In this document: positions 26,940 through 38,152 of the stretch, piece by piece
Layout of the letters: every line of letters begins with the position of its first letter
How positions within the stretch are numbered: the first letter of the stretch is position 1
Notes under the pieces: model-generated
What the model saw: only the letters and a program-made list of their open reading frames with translations
What the model was told of the DNA's origin: nothing
The model's database searches: none
Source: Octopus sinensis
Lineage: Eukaryota
DNA length: 64,000 bases
Direction of reading: 5' to 3'
Assembly (NCBI RefSeq): GCF_006345805.1
Contig: NC_043011.1
Span: 13,218,464 to 13,282,463 of the forward strand
Translations under genes and position numbers: made by a program

Positions 26940-27350
26940 GGATCTTTTCGGTTTGAACGGCATTTTTTTCTAGCGGTGTCATATGAAATTGTCACCCATA
27001 ATTATGACCCTAGTATCGATCTATTGCATTTCAATCTGTTTTAGGGTTAGAGTGGGGGGAAGGGTATCTTTTTTTCTTCAGAAATGTAAATAAACCCAAT
27101 CTGTTTCTTAAACGAGGGACATATTCATACGGCACAGAATGTTTTTACCTCAATGGACGTCATTGATTGGTTGAAATTGCAGAAATTGAAGAAAAAAAAC
27201 CAACAAATATCTTACAAACCATAGAATTTTCTCAATAAAGCCAAGAGAAAAAGACATTTTATAAACACATTCTACCAGTATACGAAGTTTAAAAGTGTTT
27301 AGTTACGTGGAAATTATTTTAAAAAACTGCCGGTCAAACCGAAAAGATTC
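26940..27350 (-). mobile_element. GGATC MITE
   Basis: TIRs, reverse orientation; no clear TSD. Confidence 0.92.
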
Positions 27351-27460
27351 AATTTTTAAAAGCAACAACTGAAAAATAACTTGCGTAATAATTATGTATG
27401 TGTGTATGTATGTATGTGTGTGTGTATGTATGTATGTATGTATGTATGTATGTATGTATG

Positions 27461-27492
<32 letters not shown>

Positions 27493-28135
27493 ACTGCGCG
27501 AAAGTTACCAACCACTCTCCAACTAGATTACATACAATTACATTACTTCAACGCCCACCGTTTTTGAGTGGCGTTGTTGCACACATCCTTTCTTGCTTGA
27601 ACCATCAGATCGACAGACGGTCTCTGGTGACTTCCTTGTTACTCATCATGAATTTTTTGTAGAGGAATACAAAGGTCGTATCCTGATACTTTCATCGTTT
27701 GTTTTGGGTTGCCTTTTAATAAGACACCATTTCGTCAAATGTAGAGAATACTGGAGAAAGAAAAGAATCGATCCCAGTACTTGACTAGCACGTTATTTAT
27801 TGACCTCGAAAGAATGAAGGGCAAAGTTGGTCTCGGCGGAATTTGAGTCCAGAGAGAGACAGGACACATATGTAACAATGGAATTTAATGTCACAATGCA
27901 TCGGTGAAATAATTCAAGAATGATATTTGCCCGGTTATCTATACTAGCGGGACCTGTGAATATTTCACGGAATAAATAGTAAACCTATTAGGTTATTCCT
28001 GAAAACTTTATCCAAAAAAGCCTGAAAGCATAGCCTGTGTTGTGTCTGTATCAAAAGATAGTCGCTCAACTGCTATTCCTTGAAAAATGAAGGAAACTGA
28101 AACACAATGATTACTTAATGTACTTTATACATATA

Positions 28136-28494
28136 CTAGCACTATGACCCGGCGTTGCCGGGTCATAGTGCTAGTGCATGCATATACAGCTGCGTGCGTG
28201 CGCACATACACGCGAGTACTGTCCAAATTTCCGACCAATCACATACAGCTAGCTGGCATTCAATTGGCGTATCAAGTTTCTGGCATTTTGATTGGGTTTT
28301 GGATAGAAAATTCACAAAAATGTCACTTCTATTGACTTTTTAATAGCTTTACGAGGTGACTGGGGAAATGTAAAGATGTGCACGACCACCCTTGGACGGT
28401 TTTGAATGACCATAGAAAGTGCGAGCCCTCTAACTGAAAATTGTGGATTTGTATATAGGATAGACACACACACACACAGACATTTTGCCGTTTA
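28136..28494 (-). mobile_element. Non-autonomous Helitron copy (5' end altered)
   Basis: Reverse complement of 50741-51105; terminal hairpin plus CTAG|T. Confidence 0.8.
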
Positions 28495-28528
28495 CGTTCT
28501 TGTCCATGTTGTATTTTTCTACATACCT

Positions 28529-28563
<35 letters not shown>

Positions 28564-28699
28564 CTCAGGAGTGGTTGTGTGGTTCAGTTCCACTGCGTGG
28601 CACCTTGGGAAAGTGTCTTCTACTATAGCCTCGGGTCGACTAAAGCCTTGTGAGTGGATTTGGTAGACGGAAACTGAAAGGCCGTCGTATATATATATA

Positions 28700-29694
28700 T
28701 GTAGTGTAGCAAATATCCTCACTGTTTGAGAGATATATTAAAAATGATCTTGTGTTAGATAGCAACCATCTTCGGCTATTTTGATCCTGTTGTGTCCACT
28801 GCTCTGATTGGTTGACATTGGCGCAGTTTATCTCTTGACCTATTTCGCGCCAGTGTGAAAGCCAACCAATCACGGCCTTCGGATAAGGTCCCATGACACA
28901 GTCTTTTTGGGGGTTTCACTGGAGCCTTTAGCAGGTTATAAAAGGCCCCAGCAAATCACTATTTCTCGTCTTGGGTTTTAGTCCTTCTCAGGATTAACCT
29001 CTGACCACAGAGCAACTCAACCATGTTCCAACGACGACCAGACCAGCTAGTTCCAGCGACTCAGCCAGTTCCTGCTCCAGCCGCGACGAGACAACATACA
29101 GCAACTCAACGACACCTTTCTCTGCCATCGCCATCACCATCGTCGTCCTTCAACTTCACGTCGTCTCCATCTCCGTCGCCTTCATCTCCAGCAACACCAA
29201 TACGTACATAGCAACTCGCTCAGGTCAAACTCCACGCTGTTGTGAATACTCACCAAGGTTAACAGCACAGCACTACCTGCAAGAATTCCTGTATCAAGAA
29301 ACCTGGCACAGCATTGAAGCCCCAACCGCTACACGACATGTGTTCAACCGGCATTCTGCCTTGTGACCTGAACAACCTGTTACAGAACTATTACTATTGT
29401 GTGACCTTACTACGAACTGGTAAATTAACTCCATCTTGTCTAAAATACCCAGAGAGACTCTTTCCTATGCTCTGTATATTGTTTTGCCCGCATACACCTT
29501 GTTTGTACTTTTATCGCACACACGAAGACACAGATACAAACACTTGTCGCATGCACACAGACACTCCACTTTGCTAGCACCCATACTTTATCCTATTGTA
29601 CAGTTGTGAGCTGCTGCTGGTGTTGTAAGCGACCGTGCGGTGTATTAAAGGAGTCACTCATTCGTCAACTCTCCTTTCGCACGGTCGCTCTACA
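28700..29694 (+). mobile_element. LTR of a Ty3/Gypsy element followed by a tRNA-Trp PBS
   Basis: TGTAG...CTACA ends (left end uncertain), TATAAAA near 28938, ATTAAA at 29644, PBS-like TAGTGACTCCGACGTGAT at 29698. Confidence 0.75.
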
Positions 29695-29946
29695 AAATAG
29701 TGACTCCGACGTGATTTCGAAACACGCAGCCAGCCTTACATTCACACGGACGTCTACAAATTGGTGACCCAGTGCCAGTTTAATGACCAACCACTCTAAT
29801 TTCACCTCTTCGCTACAGATATGTCTACCTTTATTATCGTCTCTTTTGTCTTCTTCAAAATGACTGGTGGAGGGCTCTGTAGTGGACGCTTAGTGAAATT
29901 CTCTCTCTCTCTATCTATCTATCTATCTCTCTCTCTCCCTCTGACA

Positions 29947-30625
29947 TGTATAACATGAATACGGACGTAGCAGATAACAGCTAACCTTCGGCCGCTTGGA
30001 CCCTTTTGTGTCCACTACTCTGATTGGTTGGTTTTGGTGCAGTTTGTCTCTTGCTGTATTACGCACCAATGTGCAACCCAACCAATCGCAACCTTCTGAT
30101 AAGGTCCCGTGACACAGTCTTCTAAATCTCCGTTTGGAGCCTCCTAGTTTCCTATGAAAAGCTAGATCAACAAACCGTATTTCGTCTTTGGTTCTAGACC
30201 TTCTAAGGTCTAACCACTGACCACAGAGCACTCAGCCAGAGAACACCAGCAGCATTCAGGACCTCCATCTCCGTCGCCTTCATCCTAACGTCGCCAATAA
30301 CATCTTTACGTACACAGCAACACATGCTCAGGTTTAACTCCTCTCTGTGAATTACTTCACCGTGGTTAACAGCAAGCTCAACCTGCGAGATCTACCTGTA
30401 TCAAGTAACCGCACAGCATAGTAGCCACAACCGCTTACACGACACGTGATTCAACCGACTCTGCATTTTAGCCACAACTTCTTGTTACAGAACTTCAACT
30501 ATTGTGTACCTTAATACGAACTGGTATTTATCTTCATTGTGTCTGAACTTCTAGCGTCCTGTTATAGACTCATTCTATGCTCTGTATTTTCACACACGCA
30601 TACACCCTTGTTTGTACACACATAC
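29947..30625 (+). mobile_element. Second, diverged, 3'-truncated copy of the same LTR family
   Basis: Collinear blocks shared with 28750-29520 (GATAAGGTCCC.TGACACAGTCTT, CTGACCACAGAGCA, CTCCATCTCCGTCGCCTTCATC, TACGAACTGGTA). Confidence 0.75.
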
Positions 30626-30649
30626 ACATTATGTATGCCTGACGGCCTG

Positions 30650-32470
30650 TCTATTGTTATTATTATTATTATATATGTACTTATGTCGGGTCAACCAGGT
30701 TGTATTCTGTAGGGCAGTAGATAAAAATAGTATAAGTTGCCCACTTTTTAAAACCATCGGCTACACAGACCACAAATTCGTAATCTGTACAGTTGACTTA
30801 GAAAGGCTTAGAAGGCAGGGATCCGCTTACTGGAAGCTGAACGAGTCACCCCCAGCGTGCCAAGCTTACGGAGACTGGATTAGAAAATTAGTTAAGCGGG
30901 CATTGACGAGGGAAATCGGCAACAAGAAATGGTGGTTTTCCCTGAAAAGGGCAATTAGAGCAGTAAGGCATTAGTGGGAGAAAGAAATAAAATAGAAGGG
31001 AACTTAGAAACATAGAAGAGGTGCTTAAGAAAGGCATTACAACCCATGTGCTGGTAGCGAGGTTGACCCTGGACTAATCCTTCAACGTTAAATACGATGG
31101 TGGCATTGTCAGAGCTAAGGCACATGCTCTAAAACAAGAAGGAGCAAAAACTCCTCGATGGGCCAGAATGGCAGAGTTGCGACCTGGCAACAAAGTCACA
31201 GTTCGATCTTTGGTGGACCAAAATGGGTGCACGGTACTCGAGCCTGATCAGATGTGTGCGGAATTTCAGTGGCACTTTGCCCAACTGTCTGGGATGAATG
31301 GCAATCAAGAACGCAGAATGAACTTCAGTGCCTACCTCAACGGCATGTCACAACTCCTGGCCGGGAGTGACGGGGGGGGGGGCAGAGCGTTGCGAAATGC
31401 CGATAACAGCCACAAAAATATGGGATGCGATGGGTTGCAGGAGGTAGGGGTGTAATCGCCTAATGTGAATAGTCTGTCCCTGTGAGCTTTACTTTTATAT
31501 GCCAGACTTGTTTGATGCCCTTTTAGCAGACATCTACCGCAACTGGCAGCAGAACAGAAAAATTCCTAATTCTGTGAGTCGAGGAGCAGTGGCACTGCTG
31601 AGAAAAGACCCAAGCAAAAGAGCTGAAATAGAAAATTTTAAGCCCATAACGTTGCTGAATGCTGATTTCAAAATTTTGGCCACTGTTCGCAAGCGGTTGG
31701 CGCATGTCGTTTTTTTTTTTTGTTTTTTTTACTACCCACAAGGGGCTAAACACAAAGATGACAGACAAAGGGATTAAGTCGATTACCTCGACCCTAGTGC
31801 GTAACTGGCACTTATTTAATCGACCCCGAAAGGATGAAAGGCAAAGTCGACCTCGGTGGAATTTGAACGGTGAGGTCGACTTTGCCTTTTATCCTTTCGG
31901 GGTCGATTAAATAAGTGCCAGTTACGCACTGGGGTCGAGGTAATCGGCTTAATCCCTTTGTCTGTCCTTGTTTGTCCTCTCTGTGTTTAGCCCCTTGTGG
32001 GTAGTAAAAAAACAAAAAACAAAAAAACGACATGCGCCAACCGCTTTGCGAACACTGTGGCCAAAATTTTGAAATCAGCATTCAGCGGTTGGTGCATGTT
32101 GTCGGGCAACTGATTGGTGATGCGCAAACAGGTGCAATCCCAAGAAGAGCCATCCACAAAAACCTCCGCTGCATGCGATGCATCATAGACAGGGTGGGTA
32201 AAGAAGCTTGCATGGGTAAGTCTAAAGCCTTTGATAGGATCGATCACTAATACTTGGCAGCCGGTCTTACGCCGGCCGGTTTCGGTCCAGTTTCCTGTGG
32301 TTGGATCACTGCAATGCACAGCAACATCTGCCAAGTAGTTCGAGCGAATGGTTACCAACTGGAACCATTCAGCCTCGTACGTTCGGTCCGCTGCCCCCTC
32401 TCGTCATTTCTGTATGTACTGGTTTTGGAGTTACCACTGCAGATACTGGATGCGTTGAGAGGCATCCCGC
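30650..32470 (+). mobile_element. Decayed L1/Tx1-clade LINE ORF2 with SINE insertion and inverted duplication
   Basis: GYTDHK..GSAYWKLN (endonuclease end), NFKPITLLNADFKILA, SKAFDRIDH, SVR..CPLS.FLYVL.LE. Confidence 0.85.
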
Positions 32471-32919
32471 AATACGAACATACATACATACATACATACA
32501 TACATACATACCTACATACATACATACATACATACATACACACATACAAACATACATACACACATACATACATACATACATACATACATACATACATACA
32601 TACATACATACATACATACATACATACCTACATACATACACACATACATACATACATACATACATACATACATACATACATACATACATACATACATACA
32701 TGCTTTTATTCTTTTATTTGTACCAGTCATTTGACTGATGCCATACTGAAGCACCGCCTTTAGTCGAACAAATCGACCCCGTGACTTATTCTTTGTCAGC
32801 CTAGTACTTATTCCAGCAGTCTATTTTACGAAACCGCTAGGTTACGGGGAGGTAAACACACCAACATCGGTTATCAAGCAATGGTAGTGTGACAAACACA
32901 CACACACAAACATATTCAT

Positions 32920-33014
<95 letters not shown>

Positions 33015-33326
33015 TATATAATATATACGACGGGCTTCTTTCAGTTTTCAAGTACCAAATCCACTCGCAAGGCTTTGGTCTACCCGAGGCTAAACAATAA
33101 AGAAATATATAGTAGAAGACATGCGGTTGTTTCGGGCACTTGACTGCGGCCATGCAGGAACACCGCTTTTAGTCGAATAAATCGACCGCGGGACTTATTC
33201 TTTGTAAGCCCAGTACTTATTCCGTCGGGCTCCTTTGCCGAAGCGCTAAGTTACAGGGGCGTAAACACACGATGGTGGGGAGACACACACAACTATACAC
33301 AAATACATATGTTTATTGTATATATG

Positions 33327-33395
<69 letters not shown>

Positions 33396-34008
33396 TGCCA
33401 TTAACATTAGTATTAGTAATGGCGGCGAGCTGGCAGAAGGCGTTTGCATGCCGGGAGCAAATGCTTAGCGGCATTTCGTCCATCTTTTCGTTCTGAGTTC
33501 AAATTCTGCCAATGTCGACTTTGCTTTTCATCCCTCTCGAAATCGATAAAATAAGTACTAGTTGAGTACTGTGGTCAACGTAATTGACTCATCCCACCCG
33601 CCCACCCACACATCCTAAATTGCTGGCATTGTGCTAAAATTTGAAACCATTTTTATTGGTATTAGTATTATTGGTTGTGGTGCAGGGGTGGACCCAAGGG
33701 GAGCGGCTGAGGGGCACGTGCCTCTGCCAAGAAAAGAAGTATGCCCTTCTAAATCATGTTATTACGCTCTTTTCTCCTGGAATTGTATTCCCTTCCAACT
33801 TTCTGCCCTCCCTTCGACAAAACTTCTGGAACCGTGCCTGTGGTGTCACCAACATGTTCGCTTCGAGTCGCTCGTAAGTTCATTTTAACCGGCTTTCAAA
33901 GATTTGTATTAAAAGCTTTTGTTCTAAGTGTCACTTCGACACAGGGGCTAGGGAACAGCGTTGCTCCATTGCATTTTCGCCTTTTGAGGCGGAATTTCTG
34001 CTTCATTT

Positions 34009-34402
34009 TGTAGGATGTGGTAATTTCTTTAAAAGAATCAAGAAAATGTAGGCGCAGTTACCTCTACTGACGGCGACTGCCTAATTAGTTGAACAATAGA
34101 GGACATTACGCAACATTAAGGTTCAGACACTCACCTCTATCTCTTATCTCGCCAAGACGTTGGACAGTAAAGACGTAATCTGGTCTCTCTCTAACCACAC
34201 GCCAGTAGCAGATAGGAGGCAACACACAGAAGACCATGGCCTCCACGCATCAAACCATTTTCATTTATCACTCAGCTTGTATATACGTGTAGCCGCATTA
34301 AAGGTATTTACAGTCACGGCCTTGTTTTATATATTTTTTATACCCAGTTTCCTGACAAATGAGATTACGGCCTTCTGAGTAGTCACATTAGATGGCTCTA
34401 CA
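34009..34402 (+). mobile_element. LTR (TGTAG...CTACA) of a Ty3/Gypsy element
   Basis: Terminal TGTAG/CTACA, ATTAAA near 34297, followed by tRNA-Trp PBS-like motifs and a pol remnant. Confidence 0.65.
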
Positions 34403-35009
34403 ACCTATCCGTCTAAAATGATGACCCCCGACGTTCCAGACCACTAAACTAACTAAAATGGTGACCCGACGCTGCACATATCACAATTCCTACTAAAATG
34501 GTGATTCCCGGACGAAGTCTGGCCAGTGAATACATATTCCTTTTTCTCCTTCCTGACTTCGTCTACGCAACCAGACCACCACTCATCGCATATAGGAACA
34601 TACCACTGATGTCTCCTGTCACCATACTATCTTCTTCACCAGAAAATTTTGGGGCCATTTTCAAGAGGGAAACTACAAATCAATGTTCCTCGGGTTGTAA
34701 CCGAATTTACAACTTGGTCCTTTGCAGACACAGCGTCCAAGGGGAATATTCTTCTTGCCTGTAAAAAAGCAACAAAAAAAAAGTATCCGGAATTTTCTCT
34801 AGAATTCACATGGACAACAATTTTTTCCTATGTGCCAGGTATGAGCTTCTTTCTCTCAACAACCCAGATTATCCACGTGTAGGCCATGTTTTGCTCTTTA
34901 TCCGTTAGCAAGGACTTCTATTTTTATCCCCTGCTACTAAAAAAGAAAAAATTCCTAGTTCGCTGCTCGTCGTGTCTTCTTTCAGCTAGGGTGTTTTGAC
35001 TGCTATTTC

Positions 35010-35420
35010 ATGATTTTCACCAACCACAAACCGCTAACATTCACTCTCTTTGCCAAAACGGCCCGATGCTCACCCAGAGAAACAAGGCATTTGGACTACA
35101 TATCACAGTTCACTAGTGACATTTGCCACATCGTTGGCACTGACAACATTCCCGCCGACGCCTTATCTCGCTTGCCTATCGGTACATTGTCGTCTCTTGC
35201 TTCGATTGATTTGGTTGCTATGGCTACTTACCAACCCTCCTTGGACTCTCTGGACGTCTCTTCGCCACAGTTTTCCTGCTGCAAGTTTGAACACCTGTAT
35301 CTGCCTTTTTCTGAAGGAATTATTATCTGCGATGTTTCTACCAGGTTACCACGACCCCTCTTTCGTGAAGATCACCGTTGTGCTGTTTTTGAAGCACTAC
35401 ATTCACTGTCTCATATAAAA
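35010..35420 (+). mobile_element. Gypsy pol remnant (RNase H C-terminus to integrase zinc-binding start)
   Basis: FTNHKPL..RHLDYISQFTSDICHIVGTDNIPADALSR..FEALHSLSH. Confidence 0.85.
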
Positions 35421-36079
35421 CACAGAGGAAATAGAGATTTTCTACACAGGATGAGACCAGGAAGCACTCAGCAACAATATACGGCCAGTGTCCGAGCATT
35501 GCTGACTTGTGTCGAACACAATTGCTGTCGAATGTAGCAGAGATCAACGCTTGAGCTGAGTCCATTGCAAAAATCGTTCCTCTGCCTTACCTTTGACCAG
35601 GAAAGATAGGCAGTCTTTATCTGTATAATGGTCTTAGCGAAAACGGTTGTAATTTAGGCCAGATTGAAAGGGCCGAAGATGGATAATTAAAGCCCGCGTA
35701 AACTTTTTCAAGTTTTACTTGAAAAAAATGTCAGGTTATTGATGGAAGTGTAGTCTCCTAGGAAGTTCGTTGATAGGTGGATAAGAGTTGCGAGCATTAG
35801 TCCGAGTGAACGTGTGCATGCGTCTATAGACTTCTAAAGGACATCGAGAAGGCACTTACCTTAGTGTAACCGTGATTTTCTGGGGGTCTCCACGAGTAGC
35901 CCTCGGGAATTTCCCTCTTTGTGGGTAATTTTCATTGTTTGAAATTGACTGTTACCGTTATTTTTCATTTTTACCGGCCCTTTCATGTAATCCCACATTT
36001 TATCGTCCTGTACCGTCCTTAATGTTTTTGTAAACCCTTAATAAAGAAAACATTAAGTCGGCGTGCTAGCAAAATCGTT

Positions 36080-36467
36080 GGATCTTTTCGGTTTGAACGG
36101 CAGTTTTTTCTAGCGGTGCCATATGAAATTGTCACCTATTGCATTTCAGTCTGTTTTAGGGTTAGAGTTAGGGGTGGAAGGGTATCTTCTTTTTCTTTAC
36201 AAATGTAAATAAACCCAATCTGTTTCTTAAACGAGGGACATATTCATACGGCACAGAATGTTTTCACCTCAATAGACGTCATTGATTGGTTGAAATTGCA
36301 GAAATTGAAGAAAAACAACAAATATATCTTACAAACTATAGAATTGTCTCAATAAAGCCAAGAGAAAAAGATGTTTTATAAACACATTCTACCAGTATAC
36401 GAAGTTTAAAAGTGTTTAGTTACGTGGAAATTATTTTAAAAAACTGCCGGTCAAACCGAAAAGATCC
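36080..36467 (-). mobile_element. GGATC MITE
   Basis: TIRs; 8-bp TSD AAATCGTT; small internal deletion. Confidence 0.95.
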
Positions 36468-36786
36468 AAATCGTTTGAGCGTCGGAAATTGCTTTTGCAG
36501 TGTTAGTTCCAGCTCTTTACGTTCAGAGTTCAAATACCGCTGGGGTCAACTTTGCCTTTCATCCTTTCGGAGGTAAATAAAATAAAGCATCAGTCAAGCA
36601 TTGGAGTCAATGTAATCGACTACCCCTCCTCCCTTTAAAATTGCTGGTCTTTTGCAAAAATTTAGGCCCGGCGGAACCGTTAGCGCCAAGCAAAATGCTT
36701 AGCAACATTTTTTTCTGGCTCTTACTGTCAAATTCTGCGAAGCTTGGCAAGTCTTTCATCCTTTCGGGATCGATAAAATAAAGTAC

Positions 36787-37189
36787 GGATCATTTCGGTT
36801 TGAACGGCAGTTTTTTTTTAAATAATTTCCACGTAACTAAACATTTTAAAATTTCGTATACTGGTAGAATGTCTTTATAAAACATCTTTTTCTCTTGGTT
36901 TTATTGAGAAAATTCTATGGTTTGTAAGATATTGTTGTTTTTTTCTTCAATTTCAACCAATCAATGACGTCCATTGAGGTAAAAAAACATTCTGTGCCGT
37001 ATGAATATGTCCCTCGTTTAAGAAACAGATTGGGTTTATTTACATTTCTGAAGAAAAAAAGATACCCTCCCCCCATCCCTAACCCTAAAACAGATTGAAA
37101 TGCAATAGATCGATACTAGGGTCATAATTATGGGTGACAATTTCATATGACACCGCTAGACAAAACTGCCGTTCAAGCCGAAAAGATCC
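36787..37189 (+). mobile_element. GGATC MITE inserted in a family C SINE
   Basis: TIRs; 8-bp TSD TAAAGTAC splitting the SINE motif GATAAAATAAAGTAC|CGGTCAA. Confidence 0.95.
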
Positions 37190-37851
37190 TAAAGTACCGG
37201 TCAAAAAATGGAACCGATGTAACTGACTTGCTCCTCCTTACAAAATTGCCTGACTTGAGCCAAAATTCCGAAGAATTGTGTACCTCGTTAACTGCTGTTA
37301 TGTTCTCAGGAAAGGCATAAAGTCACACACCATTTCCTCAGAACTCAGTTGCTAACTTAAGGCAACCTATACTATTTATCACACTTGTACTTGGAAAATA
37401 TTTTAAATAAAAAGCCAAACAGAAATTGTTAAAACGAAAGAACGTTCGTTTGTATTACCCTCGCCTGACCTGTTTGAATACTCAGTGAAAGCATTTTTTT
37501 TTCTTAAATATATATAATTATTATGTGCTGGCAGTAAAACAAGCTTCCCAGTTGCTACCATAATCGCCAGGAATTTCGATAGACCGGTAATATTTGAGGT
37601 CAGTTTTGAGTGCCATTGTAATTACACCGCTAATTATATAGATTCTCAAATGTCTACAGTGAAAGACTACTTCTTCGAAAACAAAAATCATGTTTCTTTT
37701 TCTTTTATTTTTAATTCAGGCTAATCAATCGTTTAGTGTAAAAAATCAATCGATACTTTAAAGATATCGACCGTATTGAAGATATATGTAACTCGCAATA
37801 TTTTCATCCAATTTATTCACTAAATATATATATATACACACACATATATAT

Positions 37852-38152
37852 CATATGTTCTCAAAGTGGGCGCTACCGCCCCACCCGGTGGGCGTTCAGA
37901 CGATCCAGGTGAGCGCTGGTGCCTAAGGGGGAGGTAGGGGTGCAGTAGAGAAAAAGGAGGCACTGGGAGGAAATTTATTATAATATTATTATAGTATTGT
38001 ATACAAAATATATATTATATTAAATATCAAATGATTCATAGTATATGTAAATTAGTACAATATAAAATATTTATTTATACATAAAAATAGGGGTGAGGCG
38101 CTGAGGGTATTATGTGACAATAAGGACGGGCCCAAAAGTTTGAAAACCTTTG
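37852..38152. mobile_element. hAT (Charlie-like) MITE
   Basis: Ends CATATGTTCTCAAAGT...AGTTTGAAAACCTTTG resemble CAGTGGTTCTCAAA TIRs; ATATATAT on both flanks. Confidence 0.55.

Noticed and set aside
29023-29211. Ser/Pro-rich 62-aa ORF
   Set aside because: Low-complexity segment inside an LTR, absent from the sister LTR copy.
34413-34520. A true CRISPR array
   Set aside because: Eukaryotic context, no cas genes, only three units, and the repeat is a tRNA-complementary PBS; reported only as a structural analogy.
35533-36071. Possible solo LTR (TGTAGCA...TGCTAGCA, AATAAA near the end)
   Set aside because: No TSD, no PBS or PPT, and no similarity to the upstream LTR; not supportable.
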